64,000 nt of DNA. Origin: Candidatus Enterousia sp. GTDB lineage: Bacteria > Pseudomonadota > Alphaproteobacteria > Rs-D84. The translations under genes were made by a program, and so were the position numbers. The notes beneath the pieces were generated by a model that ran no database searches, was not told the origin of the DNA, and saw only the letters and a program-made list of their open reading frames with translations. Positions within the stretch are counted from its first letter, which is position 1, and every line of letters starts with the position of its first letter. Below, one piece after another: positions 35,171 through 44,321 of the stretch. The stretch is taken from contig JAZLDI010000005.1 of NCBI GenBank assembly GCA_045614665.1, positions 3,738 through 67,737 of the forward strand, given 5' to 3'.

Positions 35171-38100
35171 ATGTCCAATACCAAATATTTTGCGGACCTG
35201 ATTAAAGTCTGCAGTGTCTTGCCAGTTTTCGCGGTTATGCCCGCAATGGCAGAAGTGCCAGACGGCTATACAGAAACGACAGAGCAATCAATTAAATTGC
35301 CTACTAATATTGTTGGTGGGGTATATGAGAAGAACTATGTTCGTTCTGCAGAGAATACGCCTGTATCAGATCAGAATTTAACATATTTATATTTCTCGCA
35401 TGGCTTGAAAACTACGACAATTGATAGCTCATTGTTTAAAAACAATGATACAGAAGTTGGTGGGGGGTTGGCAGTTGCTGGTGGTGGCAGTCCATATTGG
35501 CCAGAAAGATTGGGCGGTAATCAAACTCAGCTGAGTGTAAAAAACTCTAAATTTATTGGTAATAGGGCATTGTATGATGCGGGGGCGATTGGAAACTATG
35601 GGTTTTTGACAATTGGTGAAGGCGTAGTATTTGAAAACAATATCAGTGTAAACGGTATTGAAACCGTTGACTATATGGGTGGGGGCGCATTGGGACTGGG
35701 GTCTTTGTCCACAACGGTTATTGATGATGATACAAGATTTATTAGAAATTACTCGGGGACATACGGTGGTGCAATTGCAACACGTCGGTCTGAAAATGGT
35801 AATAACAGCATTGCAAAATTGGATGTACAGGGATACTTTGAAGAAAACGGTGCTAAATATCGTGGTGGTGCAATTTATAACACGTTTTATAACGGTTTGA
35901 AAGATGGTACAGGTGTGACTGTGGATGCGGATTTTGTCCGTAATCACGCAGATGAACTTGGTGGTGCGATTTATAATGATGGCACAATTGATAAATCTAC
36001 AGCTGGCAGTGGTGCGGTTATGACCATTCGTGATTCAGACTTCAAATACAATACAGCAGGTATTAGTGGCGGTGCGATTTATAACACTGGTGCACTGACA
36101 GTTGTGGAGTCGGATTTCTCATATAATACCGCAGACAAGACGGGTGGTGCGATTTATAGCTCTGGCACTTTGAACTTGTATGATGTAGAATTTATTTCTA
36201 ATTCTGCGTTGGGGGTAGACGGCGGCGCTCTATTAATTACAGGTGGAAATGAAAACAGCATTTATAATTCGAAATTTGTTTCAAATCATGCGGATAGCGA
36301 TTCGGGTGGTGCAATACTGTTGCAAAATGGTGTGCTGAATATAGATAATACTTACTTTGAGGGCAATACTGCGAAACAAAGTGGTGCAATCTTTACATAT
36401 TCAACCCAAGAAAATACATTGAATATCACAAAATCTGTATTTGATAACAACAAAGCTTTGGGTGTTGGTGCGGTTCAGGCGATGTATCGTGCAAATATTT
36501 CAGATACCGTATTTAAAAACAACGTCGCAACAACTGATACGGATGGTGCCGGCGCATTGTTCATTGGTGCTGTTGGTAAAGCGATGTTGAATCATGTGAC
36601 GTTTGAAAACAATGAGGCAGATTATCGTGGTGGGGCAATTTCAACCCGCAGTGCAGACTTGGGTAATAACAAAGATGCCAAGTTAGACGTTTTGAACTCT
36701 ACATTTATTGGGAACAAAGCGGGCACAACAGGTGGTGCGTTTGATAACTATTTGTACAGCAGTGTCACAGATGACATAGCGGTATATTTTGAAAATGTGA
36801 TGTTTGACACAAACAAGGCAGCGTTGGGTGGTGCGGTTTATAATCACGGTGCCGAAGATCGTGCTGGGAATACGGCCTCGACGCATATCAATGGTGCGAC
36901 GTTCATTGGTAATATTGCGACCTATGCCGGTGGTGCAATTTATAACGAAGAAAATGGTGCCTTGATGTTGTCTGGTAATAACACATTTACTGGCAATACG
37001 GCAAAAGGTGCGGCGAACGATATCTATAACGATGGTACTTTGACCATTGCATCGGGAACAACATCAATTGATGGTGGTATCGATGGGGCGGGTGCGCTGG
37101 ATATTCAATCGGATGCGACACTGAATATGAACTATGCATCGATTACGCAGGGTACAATCAATATCGATGGTACATTGATGGCGTCGTTGCGTGATGCAAA
37201 TGATACGGTTGATATTGCGGGTACTTTGTCGGGAACGGGTAATGTTCTGTTAAGTGCGGGGGGCGTCGGAACTTATGACGTGTCTTTGTTCACAGATGCA
37301 AACCTGAATGTTGATTTTGGTAAAACGTACCAGACAACCATTGAAGATGGTATGGCAATCCTTGGTGTAAAAGATGTGGCAACAATCGCAGCAGACACGG
37401 GTATTACCGGTGGGGCGGCGGGTGCTGTGTCTGCGCTGGCGGTATCATCAGATGCGAATTTGCAAAAGGTGTCCCTGGCAATCCAAGAGGCTTTGAACAA
37501 TGGCGATACGGCATTGGTTGAAAAAGAAATGGCCAAGGTAAATCCTGATACTAAACCGGTTGGTCAATCGGTTGCGGCATCTGTCCAGGGCCAGGTTGTG
37601 TCGGTCGCTGCGGGTCGTATGTCCACCGTTGGTGGGGCAACGGGTCGCGCCGGTGGTGATGTGACGGGTGCGGGGGTCTGGGCCCAGGGATTGGTTAACA
37701 AATCCAAGATGGGCGGTACATTTGAAGGTCGTACGACCGGATTTGCACTGGGTGGTGATACGTTGATTGATGATGTGTTCACGTTGGGTGGCGGTTTCGC
37801 ATTCAGTAATACAGATGTCGAGGCCGACGGTCGTGACACGAACGTGGAAAGTAATTCTGTGTTTGCGTATGCTCAGTACAAGCCATCCGCATGGTATGCA
37901 AATGCCACGGTCAGCTATACTATGTCTGATTACGAAGAAGATGCCCAGATTATTGGTGGGGTTATGTTGAATAATAACTATGATACCAAGGCGTTCGGTG
38001 TTCAGACTATGTTTGGTTATGATTTTGCGTCTGGTGTCACGCCAGAGGCCGGGGTGCGCTATCTGTACGTGTCCCAGGATGAACATCGTAATGGTATTGG

Positions 38101-38440
38101 CAATATTGTATCAGAAATGGATTATGGGTTCTGGACCGGGGTTGCGGGTCTGAAATATGCGTTCGCAATCGAATCGGATACAGATGTTAAGTTCAGCCCA
38201 TCTTTGCGTGCGGCAATGACATATGATTTCACGACACCGGATACGGTTGCAAAAATTGTTGTTCCGGGGGCATCGGCATACTATGTTGATATTGAAAGTC
38301 TGAGCCGCATGGGTGGTGAATTTGGTATTGGATTGACCGCAGAATATCGTGGGCTGGAATTATCACTGAATTACGAACTGGATTTGCACAAAGACTATAC
38401 GTCGCAAACAGGTTTGTTAAAATTCAGATATAATTTCTAG
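35171..38440 (+). CDS. Autotransporter with polymorphic-outer-membrane-protein (Pmp) repeats
   Basis: At least 12 GGA[ILV] motifs (GGAIYN...) alternating with FxxN motifs. C-terminal beta-domain ending LKFRYNF. GAAGGAG SD. Confidence 0.9.
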   Translation: MSNTKYFADLIKVCSVLPVFAVMPAMAEVPDGYTETTEQSIKLPTNIVGGVYEKNYVRSAENTPVSDQNLTYLYFSHGLKTTTIDSSLFKNNDTEVGGGLAVAGGGSPYWPERLGGNQTQLSVKNSKFIGNRALYDAGAIGNYGFLTIGEGVVFENNISVNGIETVDYMGGGALGLGSLSTTVIDDDTRFIRNYSGTYGGAIATRRSENGNNSIAKLDVQGYFEENGAKYRGGAIYNTFYNGLKDGTGVTVDADFVRNHADELGGAIYNDGTIDKSTAGSGAVMTIRDSDFKYNTAGISGGAIYNTGALTVVESDFSYNTADKTGGAIYSSGTLNLYDVEFISNSALGVDGGALLITGGNENSIYNSKFVSNHADSDSGGAILLQNGVLNIDNTYFEGNTAKQSGAIFTYSTQENTLNITKSVFDNNKALGVGAVQAMYRANISDTVFKNNVATTDTDGAGALFIGAVGKAMLNHVTFENNEADYRGGAISTRSADLGNNKDAKLDVLNSTFIGNKAGTTGGAFDNYLYSSVTDDIAVYFENVMFDTNKAALGGAVYNHGAEDRAGNTASTHINGATFIGNIATYAGGAIYNEENGALMLSGNNTFTGNTAKGAANDIYNDGTLTIASGTTSIDGGIDGAGALDIQSDATLNMNYASITQGTINIDGTLMASLRDANDTVDIAGTLSGTGNVLLSAGGVGTYDVSLFTDANLNVDFGKTYQTTIEDGMAILGVKDVATIAADTGITGGAAGAVSALAVSSDANLQKVSLAIQEALNNGDTALVEKEMAKVNPDTKPVGQSVAASVQGQVVSVAAGRMSTVGGATGRAGGDVTGAGVWAQGLVNKSKMGGTFEGRTTGFALGGDTLIDDVFTLGGGFAFSNTDVEADGRDTNVESNSVFAYAQYKPSAWYANATVSYTMSDYEEDAQIIGGVMLNNNYDTKAFGVQTMFGYDFASGVTPEAGVRYLYVSQDEHRNGIGNIVSEMDYGFWTGVAGLKYAFAIESDTDVKFSPSLRAAMTYDFTTPDTVAKIVVPGASAYYVDIESLSRMGGEFGIGLTAEYRGLELSLNYELDLHKDYTSQTGLLKFRYNF

Positions 38441-38447
38441 TTTTGGT

Positions 38448-38476
38448 AAAAACCGCCCAGGTGGGCGGTTTTTTAA
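38448..38476 (+). terminator. Rho-independent terminator
   Basis: AAAAACCGCCC-aggt-GGGCGGTTTTTT. Confidence 0.85.
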
Positions 38477-38581
38477 TGGTTTGACTTGAAAAAACGCAAA
38501 AACGCTATATATATATTGTAAAATTCGCGAATCGGGTTTTTCTGTGATATACTGTAACTTGTGAACAAAAGGAAATTGGTT

Positions 38582-39163
38582 ATGGCATTGATACCAATGG
38601 TTATCGAAGAGTCACCACGTGGTGAACGTTCGTTTGATATTTATTCACGCTTGTTGCGTGATCGTATTGTAATGGTAAATGGCGCGATTGAACCCACAAT
38701 GGCAAACAGTATTGTGGCACAGTTGCTGTTCTTGGAATCTGAAAATCCAAATGCAGAAATCTCAATGTATATAAATTCGCCGGGTGGTGATGTTTCCGCC
38801 GGATGGGCAATTATGGATACTATGCAATATATCAAGGCACCCGTTTCAACAATTGGTATGGGGCTGGTTGCGTCTATGGGATCTGTCTTGTTGGCGGCGG
38901 GTGAAAAGGGAAAACGTTTTGTTTTGCCAAATACGCAAATTATGATTCATCAGCCACTGGCCGGGGCCGAGGGCCAAATTACAGATATGGAAATTCGTCT
39001 GACCCAGTATCAGAAAAATAAAAAGACATTGATTAAACAGATGTCTGAATTTACGGGCAAGAAAGAAAAAGAATTGTTCGAGGCGATGGAACGTGATAAT
39101 TGGATGTGCCCGCAAGAGGCCAAAGATTTCGGTTTAATCGACGGTGTTTTGGAACGTAAATAA
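38582..39163 (+). CDS. clpP: ATP-dependent Clp protease proteolytic subunit
   Basis: Start at ATG 38582 after [29 protein letters not shown]...INSPGG...MGLVASMGS...MIHQP. Confidence 0.96.
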   Translation: MALIPMVIEESPRGERSFDIYSRLLRDRIVMVNGAIEPTMANSIVAQLLFLESENPNAEISMYINSPGGDVSAGWAIMDTMQYIKAPVSTIGMGLVASMGSVLLAAGEKGKRFVLPNTQIMIHQPLAGAEGQITDMEIRLTQYQKNKKTLIKQMSEFTGKKEKELFEAMERDNWMCPQEAKDFGLIDGVLERK

Positions 39164-39177
39164 TTGGATTTAGTACG

Positions 39178-40449
39178 ATGAGTGACGAAAAAACAACATC
39201 TTCGCCAGTACAGGCAGAAAATAATAATCAGTTCTGCAGTTTTTGTGGCAAGGCTGTGTATGAGGTTAAAAAACTGGTCAGTGGGCGCAACGTTTGTATC
39301 TGTGACGAGTGTATTAATCTGTGCAATGATATTATGGCCGATGATGTGAAAAATGAAATTGGTCGTGATGCCGCCAAATTGCCAACACCACGTCAGATTT
39401 ATAATTTCTTGAATGATTATATTATCGGCCAGGACGAGGCAAAACGTACCCTGGCGGTGGCGGTATATAACCACTATAAACGTCACAGTGTGGCAACCAC
39501 ATCAAATGTTGAAATTCAAAAATCTAATGTTTTATTAGTTGGTTCAACGGGTACCGGTAAAACATTATTTGCCCAGACATTGGCGCGTATTTTGGATGTG
39601 CCATTCGCAATTGCTGATGCTACCACATTGACCGAGGCTGGATATGTTGGCGATGACGTTGAAAGTGTTCTGACACGTTTGTTGCAAAATGCGAATTTTG
39701 ATGTAGAACGTGCGTCACGTGGTATTATCTATATCGACGAAATTGATAAAATTTCACGTAAATCAGAAAATCCATCCCTGACCCGTGATGTTTCGGGTGA
39801 GGGTGTACAGCAAGCCTTGTTAAAGTTAATCGAAGGGACCGTTGCAAATGTTCCCGCCGGTGGTGCAGGGCGTAAACACCCAGGCGAGGCAACCGTACAA
39901 CTGGATACCAGCAAGATTTTGTTTATTTGTGGTGGGGCTTTTGATGGCCTGAACAAGATTATCGCAAATCGTTCATCGGCGCGTCGTGGTATTGGATTTG
40001 GCGCAAATATAGAATCCAAAGAAGAACGTGAATCAAAAAGTTATATCTGTGATGTTCAACCCGAAGATTTGGTGAAATTCGGTATTATCCCAGAATTGGT
40101 TGGGCGTTTGCCGGTAATTACAACCTTGCGTGAATTGGACGAAGATGCATTGGTTAAGATTTTAACAGAACCAAAGAATGCGGTTGTAAAGCAGTTCTCG
40201 GCAATGTTGGAAATGGACGATGTTAAATTGACAATAACGGATGATGGATTGCGTGAGATTGCAAAAATGGCGGTTGCACGCAAGACGGGCGCACGTGGTT
40301 TGCGTGGGATTTTGGAACGGGTCTTGATGCAACCTATGTTTGACGCGCCGGATAAAGAAGACCTGGTAGAAATTGTGATTGATGCAGATGTTGTAAATGG
40401 TAAAAAGACACCTGTGGAAATCCTGGCAGATGCCAAAAAAGCGGCATAA
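39178..40449 (+). CDS. clpX: ATP-dependent Clp protease ATP-binding subunit ClpX
   Basis: Zinc finger CSFCGK...CICDECI. Walker [18 protein letters not shown]. Confidence 0.97.
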   Translation: MSDEKTTSSPVQAENNNQFCSFCGKAVYEVKKLVSGRNVCICDECINLCNDIMADDVKNEIGRDAAKLPTPRQIYNFLNDYIIGQDEAKRTLAVAVYNHYKRHSVATTSNVEIQKSNVLLVGSTGTGKTLFAQTLARILDVPFAIADATTLTEAGYVGDDVESVLTRLLQNANFDVERASRGIIYIDEIDKISRKSENPSLTRDVSGEGVQQALLKLIEGTVANVPAGGAGRKHPGEATVQLDTSKILFICGGAFDGLNKIIANRSSARRGIGFGANIESKEERESKSYICDVQPEDLVKFGIIPELVGRLPVITTLRELDEDALVKILTEPKNAVVKQFSAMLEMDDVKLTITDDGLREIAKMAVARKTGARGLRGILERVLMQPMFDAPDKEDLVEIVIDADVVNGKKTPVEILADAKKAA

Positions 40450-40472
40450 AGCCGATATGTCGCGTTGGCTGT

Positions 40473-40507
40473 AAAAATCCCCCCCATTCCTTCCTGGGGG
40501 GATTTTT
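40473..40507 (+). terminator. Terminator after clpX
   Basis: AAAAATCCCCCC-attccttcct-GGGGGGATTTTT. Confidence 0.75.
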
Positions 40508-40513
40508 CTTGTT

Positions 40514-40541
40514 AAAAAAATCCCCAGATGGGGATTTTTAT
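40514..40541. terminator. Second hairpin, serving the convergent minus-strand operon
   Basis: AAAAAAATCCCC-agat-GGGGATTTTTA. Confidence 0.75.
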
Positions 40542-41242
40542 TCGCGTAATTTTTTTGCAAGTTCTATCATTTCTTGAAATTTTTCTTCGGCCACGTCGGG
40601 TGTGTGGGGATTGTTGCCCATTGGTTCCTGGTAATCTGCACCGTTTAATATAATTAGGCGGGCATCGCTATCACCACCACGTGAACAATCAATGTAATAT
40701 TCGGATTCAGAATAACGCTTGCCATAGCAACGTCCATTTTTTACACGTGCATACCCATATTCCGCCAGATCGATACATTTTGGCTGGGTCGCGCGTGTCA
40801 GAATTGAACCCGTTTCAACGTTTTCAATGAAATTGTAATCATAAATGTTTTCCAATATGCCGGGACAGTATACGTCAACCGGTTTATCGTTATATATTGC
40901 CTGTAATCCGTTTGATATTGTTTGGCGTACCCCAAAACAATCACCATTTAAAATATCGATATTAAAATCGGGATTTATGCCATTCATACCACGTATATCT
41001 AATTTAGATAAAGCCCAGTTTTCATCAGATGTTGGTTTTAATGCTGCGCCACAAATAATTTTTTTTCCACGACATTCGGAATCATTGTCCCAGGCTTCAA
41101 CATCAAATCCGGTGCCCATTGTGCTATAACACTTAGATGGGTTAATGCGACATACGGTTTCCTGTTCCCACCAATTGATGGCCGCGTTTGATTCCATCGT
41201 AAATGGCATAATCAGTAATGATAATAAAAATGCTTTTTTCAT
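40538..41242 (-). CDS. Exported protein of unknown function (234 aa)
   Basis: Signal peptide MKKAFLLSLLIMPFTMESNAA. 10 Cys. Directly downstream of family member B. Confidence 0.7.
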   Translation of the reverse strand: MKKAFLLSLLIMPFTMESNAAINWWEQETVCRINPSKCYSTMGTGFDVEAWDNDSECRGKKIICGAALKPTSDENWALSKLDIRGMNGINPDFNIDILNGDCFGVRQTISNGLQAIYNDKPVDVYCPGILENIYDYNFIENVETGSILTRATQPKCIDLAEYGYARVKNGRCYGKRYSESEYYIDCSRGGDSDARLIILNGADYQEPMGNNPHTPDVAEEKFQEMIELAKKLRE

Positions 41243-41299
41243 ATTCGTTTTCCCGGTATATTTTTATTTTATCACTTTTTGTTGTTTCGTGCAATTGGG

Positions 41300-43861
41300 T
41301 TATTCGGTTATTGTGTCGGATATTGGTGCAGTTCCTGGCTTGCAATATCCCCACGATGTATTTGCACCTGTTTCGTTATAGAATTGTGTGAATAATGTGT
41401 CGCCCGTGACATCATGTTTGTCGTCACCTGATTCTGTTTGTGTACCGTCGGGGGCGTCCGTTGTTTTACCTTTTGTATCGACCCACGTTGTATCAACCCA
41501 AATCCCTCCCAGGCGTTCGCACTCTTTTGCCAGTGCAACCCCCATATCAACACGAATAGAATCCATAACAATATTTACGTCCGCTAAAACGCTGGCTGAT
41601 ATAGAATATTCCGAATTGTTTGCGTTGGATGGACGTACACAGGTTTGAATTGCGTAACGGACCAGGCGCTGGTACAAGCTGCCTGCATAATCACCGCAAT
41701 TGTGACTGGTTTTTAAACTGTCAGTAATAGTGTCGTCGGTTTCTGTTTTGGGCTTTTGTGGTCCGGCTGTGCCACCTGGACAGATATATCCTGTTGGGCA
41801 TGGGGTGCAACTGTTGCCATCGATGGCGTTGCCGTTATATGTAATAACACCATCTTTGATTGTGGTCATATAATACCCAGTACCTGGGATATAATCGCCG
41901 TTTCCATCGGTGTCTGATGCGGTACAGGATGTATACTTTCTTATTGCGGGACATATATATCCGTATGCGCCCGGTGACGTGGTGTTGCCGCCAGGATTTT
42001 CAAATTCAGGTTGTGAAAAGTCTGTTTCAACTTCTGTCTTGATATTGCTTTGCCACAATTGCTGATTACAGGCGTAAATTTGTGCATATTTCTGTTCGCC
42101 GGGGGCATATACACGACAAGCATATGGATAGCCGTGTAATGTGTCGTTGCTGGGGACGGCGCAAATGTCGCGTGCAAAATCTTGCAGGGTGACGCGACAT
42201 TCTTTGGCGATTTTGGAATCGGTTAAATCGTGCATTGCATTGGCAAGTTCTTTCAGACCGTCCGGTCCGCCACCATAAAGGTTTGAACAGGCGTTTAATT
42301 TTTCACGACATAATTCTTCGGATAGTTCCAATCGTTGCCCCAGTAACAATTGTTCTTTGACGTTACTAAAATCTTTCAGGGATTGGCTTTGTTCATCGTA
42401 ACAGGCATTTACAACATCCAGACATTCATTCTTTACGTCGCGGATTCGTGATTGCTGGCCCTGGTATATTTCGGTTATTGCCTGGCGAACAAATTCATCC
42501 CAGACATCGTCGGCCACGTCACGACAGGTGTCAAGGCTGGATTCGGCAAAAATACGCATACGGTTCAGTTCAGCCACAATCATACGATTTGTTTGATTGG
42601 TCAGGATATTGCCGGACAAAGATATTTGGCTATCCAACTGATAAAAATTAGATGTGTAAATTGGTTCGCCAGTTTCGCGGTTTAAATAACGCCCCGTAAC
42701 ATCCAAACAGTGCACATAATCAGTGCCGCACGCGGTTTCGGATGTCAAATCTTTGCGGACGTTGGCAATGCAATCGTTGATGGATGTTGAATTGTGTGCG
42801 TTATAATTTTCAAGGCGCGCGGTATGCATTTCACGTTCTGTTTCGCGGACTGAGCCCTTGGCCGCGGTGGTTTTGGAATCCAGACTGTTTGACAGGGTTG
42901 TACAATCGTTTTCAATATACATTCCGTATGCGGATACAACCATATTTAATGTGGATTTGGATTCACAGGTTTCAGCAACCATTTGACTGCATTGTGCATG
43001 GACGGCATTGTATAATGATTCACCGGTTAGATTGGCGATATTTGCGCCGTCTGCCAGGTCGGTGGTTCTCCATATTTGTTTTATATCACCACCAATGTCC
43101 AATGTACCCGATGTGGAAAGAGATTGTGACTTGGCCTGGGCCAATATGGATCCGATATTTGCCAATTGTTGGGCGGATGCAGATGTATCTTTTGTTGATG
43201 AGGCAATTTTTTCGCCAGCGGATGTGGAAATCATGGCATTAACTTCTGCTGTGGATTTGTCAATCATGCTAAGGTTAAAATCTTTGAAGTCCTGTAATTG
43301 ATTTGCCGTATCAGATAACAAATTTTCCCTAGATTTAATTTGATTTAATCGGGACGAGCACGCACAACGACGATATGTTTCATTTTGGGTTGCGCAAAAT
43401 TGATCCATACATGTAAAATATGCGTCACGGCATGCGTTGTATCCGGCACCAAAAGTGTTGGATTGAATTGTAGTAGTTGCTGCACGTGCAGGGCGAGATA
43501 TGCTGGTTGTGGCGCGTGTGGTCGTTAGGTTGCTGGCACTACGCGTGGCGGATTTTGTTGCAGGTCTCAGCGATGTCGTTGATGTGGCGCGTGCGCCTGT
43601 GATGGATTGCGAAATACGTGCGGGCGAACCGGTGCGCACACGTTGTGTAGTGCGTGCGGTTTTGTTTTGTGTCGCGCGTGATGCAGTTGCACGGGATGAA
43701 ATCGACTGTGTTCCAGATGTGCGAGGGGTAACGTTTGTATGTGAAATATTGTGGGGTATTGTGGATTGCCCCCTGGATATAGCGGCACCATCACGAACAG
43801 CAGCGTTGGCAATGCCAACACTGACGATATACGCCATAATAAGAAGCCAGGTCCTTTTCAT
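41300..43861 (-). CDS. Exported Cys-rich protein, paralog family member B (853 aa)
   Basis: Signal peptide. Thr/Ser/Arg/Ala-rich tract. CRDAYFTCMDQFCATQNETYRRCACS module and ACGTDYVHC motif. Confidence 0.85.
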   Translation of the reverse strand: MKRTWLLIMAYIVSVGIANAAVRDGAAISRGQSTIPHNISHTNVTPRTSGTQSISSRATASRATQNKTARTTQRVRTGSPARISQSITGARATSTTSLRPATKSATRSASNLTTTRATTSISRPARAATTTIQSNTFGAGYNACRDAYFTCMDQFCATQNETYRRCACSSRLNQIKSRENLLSDTANQLQDFKDFNLSMIDKSTAEVNAMISTSAGEKIASSTKDTSASAQQLANIGSILAQAKSQSLSTSGTLDIGGDIKQIWRTTDLADGANIANLTGESLYNAVHAQCSQMVAETCESKSTLNMVVSAYGMYIENDCTTLSNSLDSKTTAAKGSVRETEREMHTARLENYNAHNSTSINDCIANVRKDLTSETACGTDYVHCLDVTGRYLNRETGEPIYTSNFYQLDSQISLSGNILTNQTNRMIVAELNRMRIFAESSLDTCRDVADDVWDEFVRQAITEIYQGQQSRIRDVKNECLDVVNACYDEQSQSLKDFSNVKEQLLLGQRLELSEELCREKLNACSNLYGGGPDGLKELANAMHDLTDSKIAKECRVTLQDFARDICAVPSNDTLHGYPYACRVYAPGEQKYAQIYACNQQLWQSNIKTEVETDFSQPEFENPGGNTTSPGAYGYICPAIRKYTSCTASDTDGNGDYIPGTGYYMTTIKDGVITYNGNAIDGNSCTPCPTGYICPGGTAGPQKPKTETDDTITDSLKTSHNCGDYAGSLYQRLVRYAIQTCVRPSNANNSEYSISASVLADVNIVMDSIRVDMGVALAKECERLGGIWVDTTWVDTKGKTTDAPDGTQTESGDDKHDVTGDTLFTQFYNETGANTSWGYCKPGTAPISDTITE

Positions 43862-43911
43862 TCCTTAATATACTGATAGTATCTTATCAAATTTTGTAAA
43901 AAAATACTAAT

Positions 43912-43940
43912 AAAAAATCCCGCTGTGTGCGGGATTTTTG
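43912..43940 (-). terminator. Terminator after infA
   Basis: AAAAAATCCCGC-tgtgt-GCGGGATTTTT (symmetric). Confidence 0.8.
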
Positions 43941-43943
43941 TAT

Positions 43944-44189
43944 TTAATTTGCAGTCTCATTTGCAGGGCGGTTGCGTTCTACAAATGTGATGCGTCCCTT
44001 GTCCAAATCGTAAGGAGTCATTTCAACACGAACGCGTTCACCAACATTGACCCAAATACGGGCCTTGCGCATTTTGCCACAGACCGTCGCCAAAATTTCA
44101 TGCCCGTTTTCCAGTTTTACACGGAACATGGTATTGGGCAGTTTGTCTTCGACGGTACCACTAAAAACAATTACATCATCTTTTGCCAT
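43944..44189 (-). CDS. infA: Translation initiation factor IF-1
   Basis: [42 protein letters not shown]...[13 protein letters not shown]. Confidence 0.96.
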   Translation of the reverse strand: MAKDDVIVFSGTVEDKLPNTMFRVKLENGHEILATVCGKMRKARIWVNVGERVRVEMTPYDLDKGRITFVERNRPANETAN

Positions 44190-44321
44190 ATATAATCCCT
44201 TGATATTTTTCTGAAATCAATGATATTGCGTGGTTGATAAAATTGCAAGAATTTTTTATTTCACTTGTGCAAGTCTTAAATGTTTGATAAAATATTTATA
44301 AATTTTGTAGTGGGGATGCTT

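Noticed and set aside
38477-38581. Heat-shock (RpoH-type) promoter upstream of clpP.
   Set aside because: CTTGAA is present, but the downstream element (CTATATATAT) does not fit CCCCATNT or the alphaproteobacterial CYTATNTNNG well. Only a generic TGaTATACT extended -10 element is convincing.
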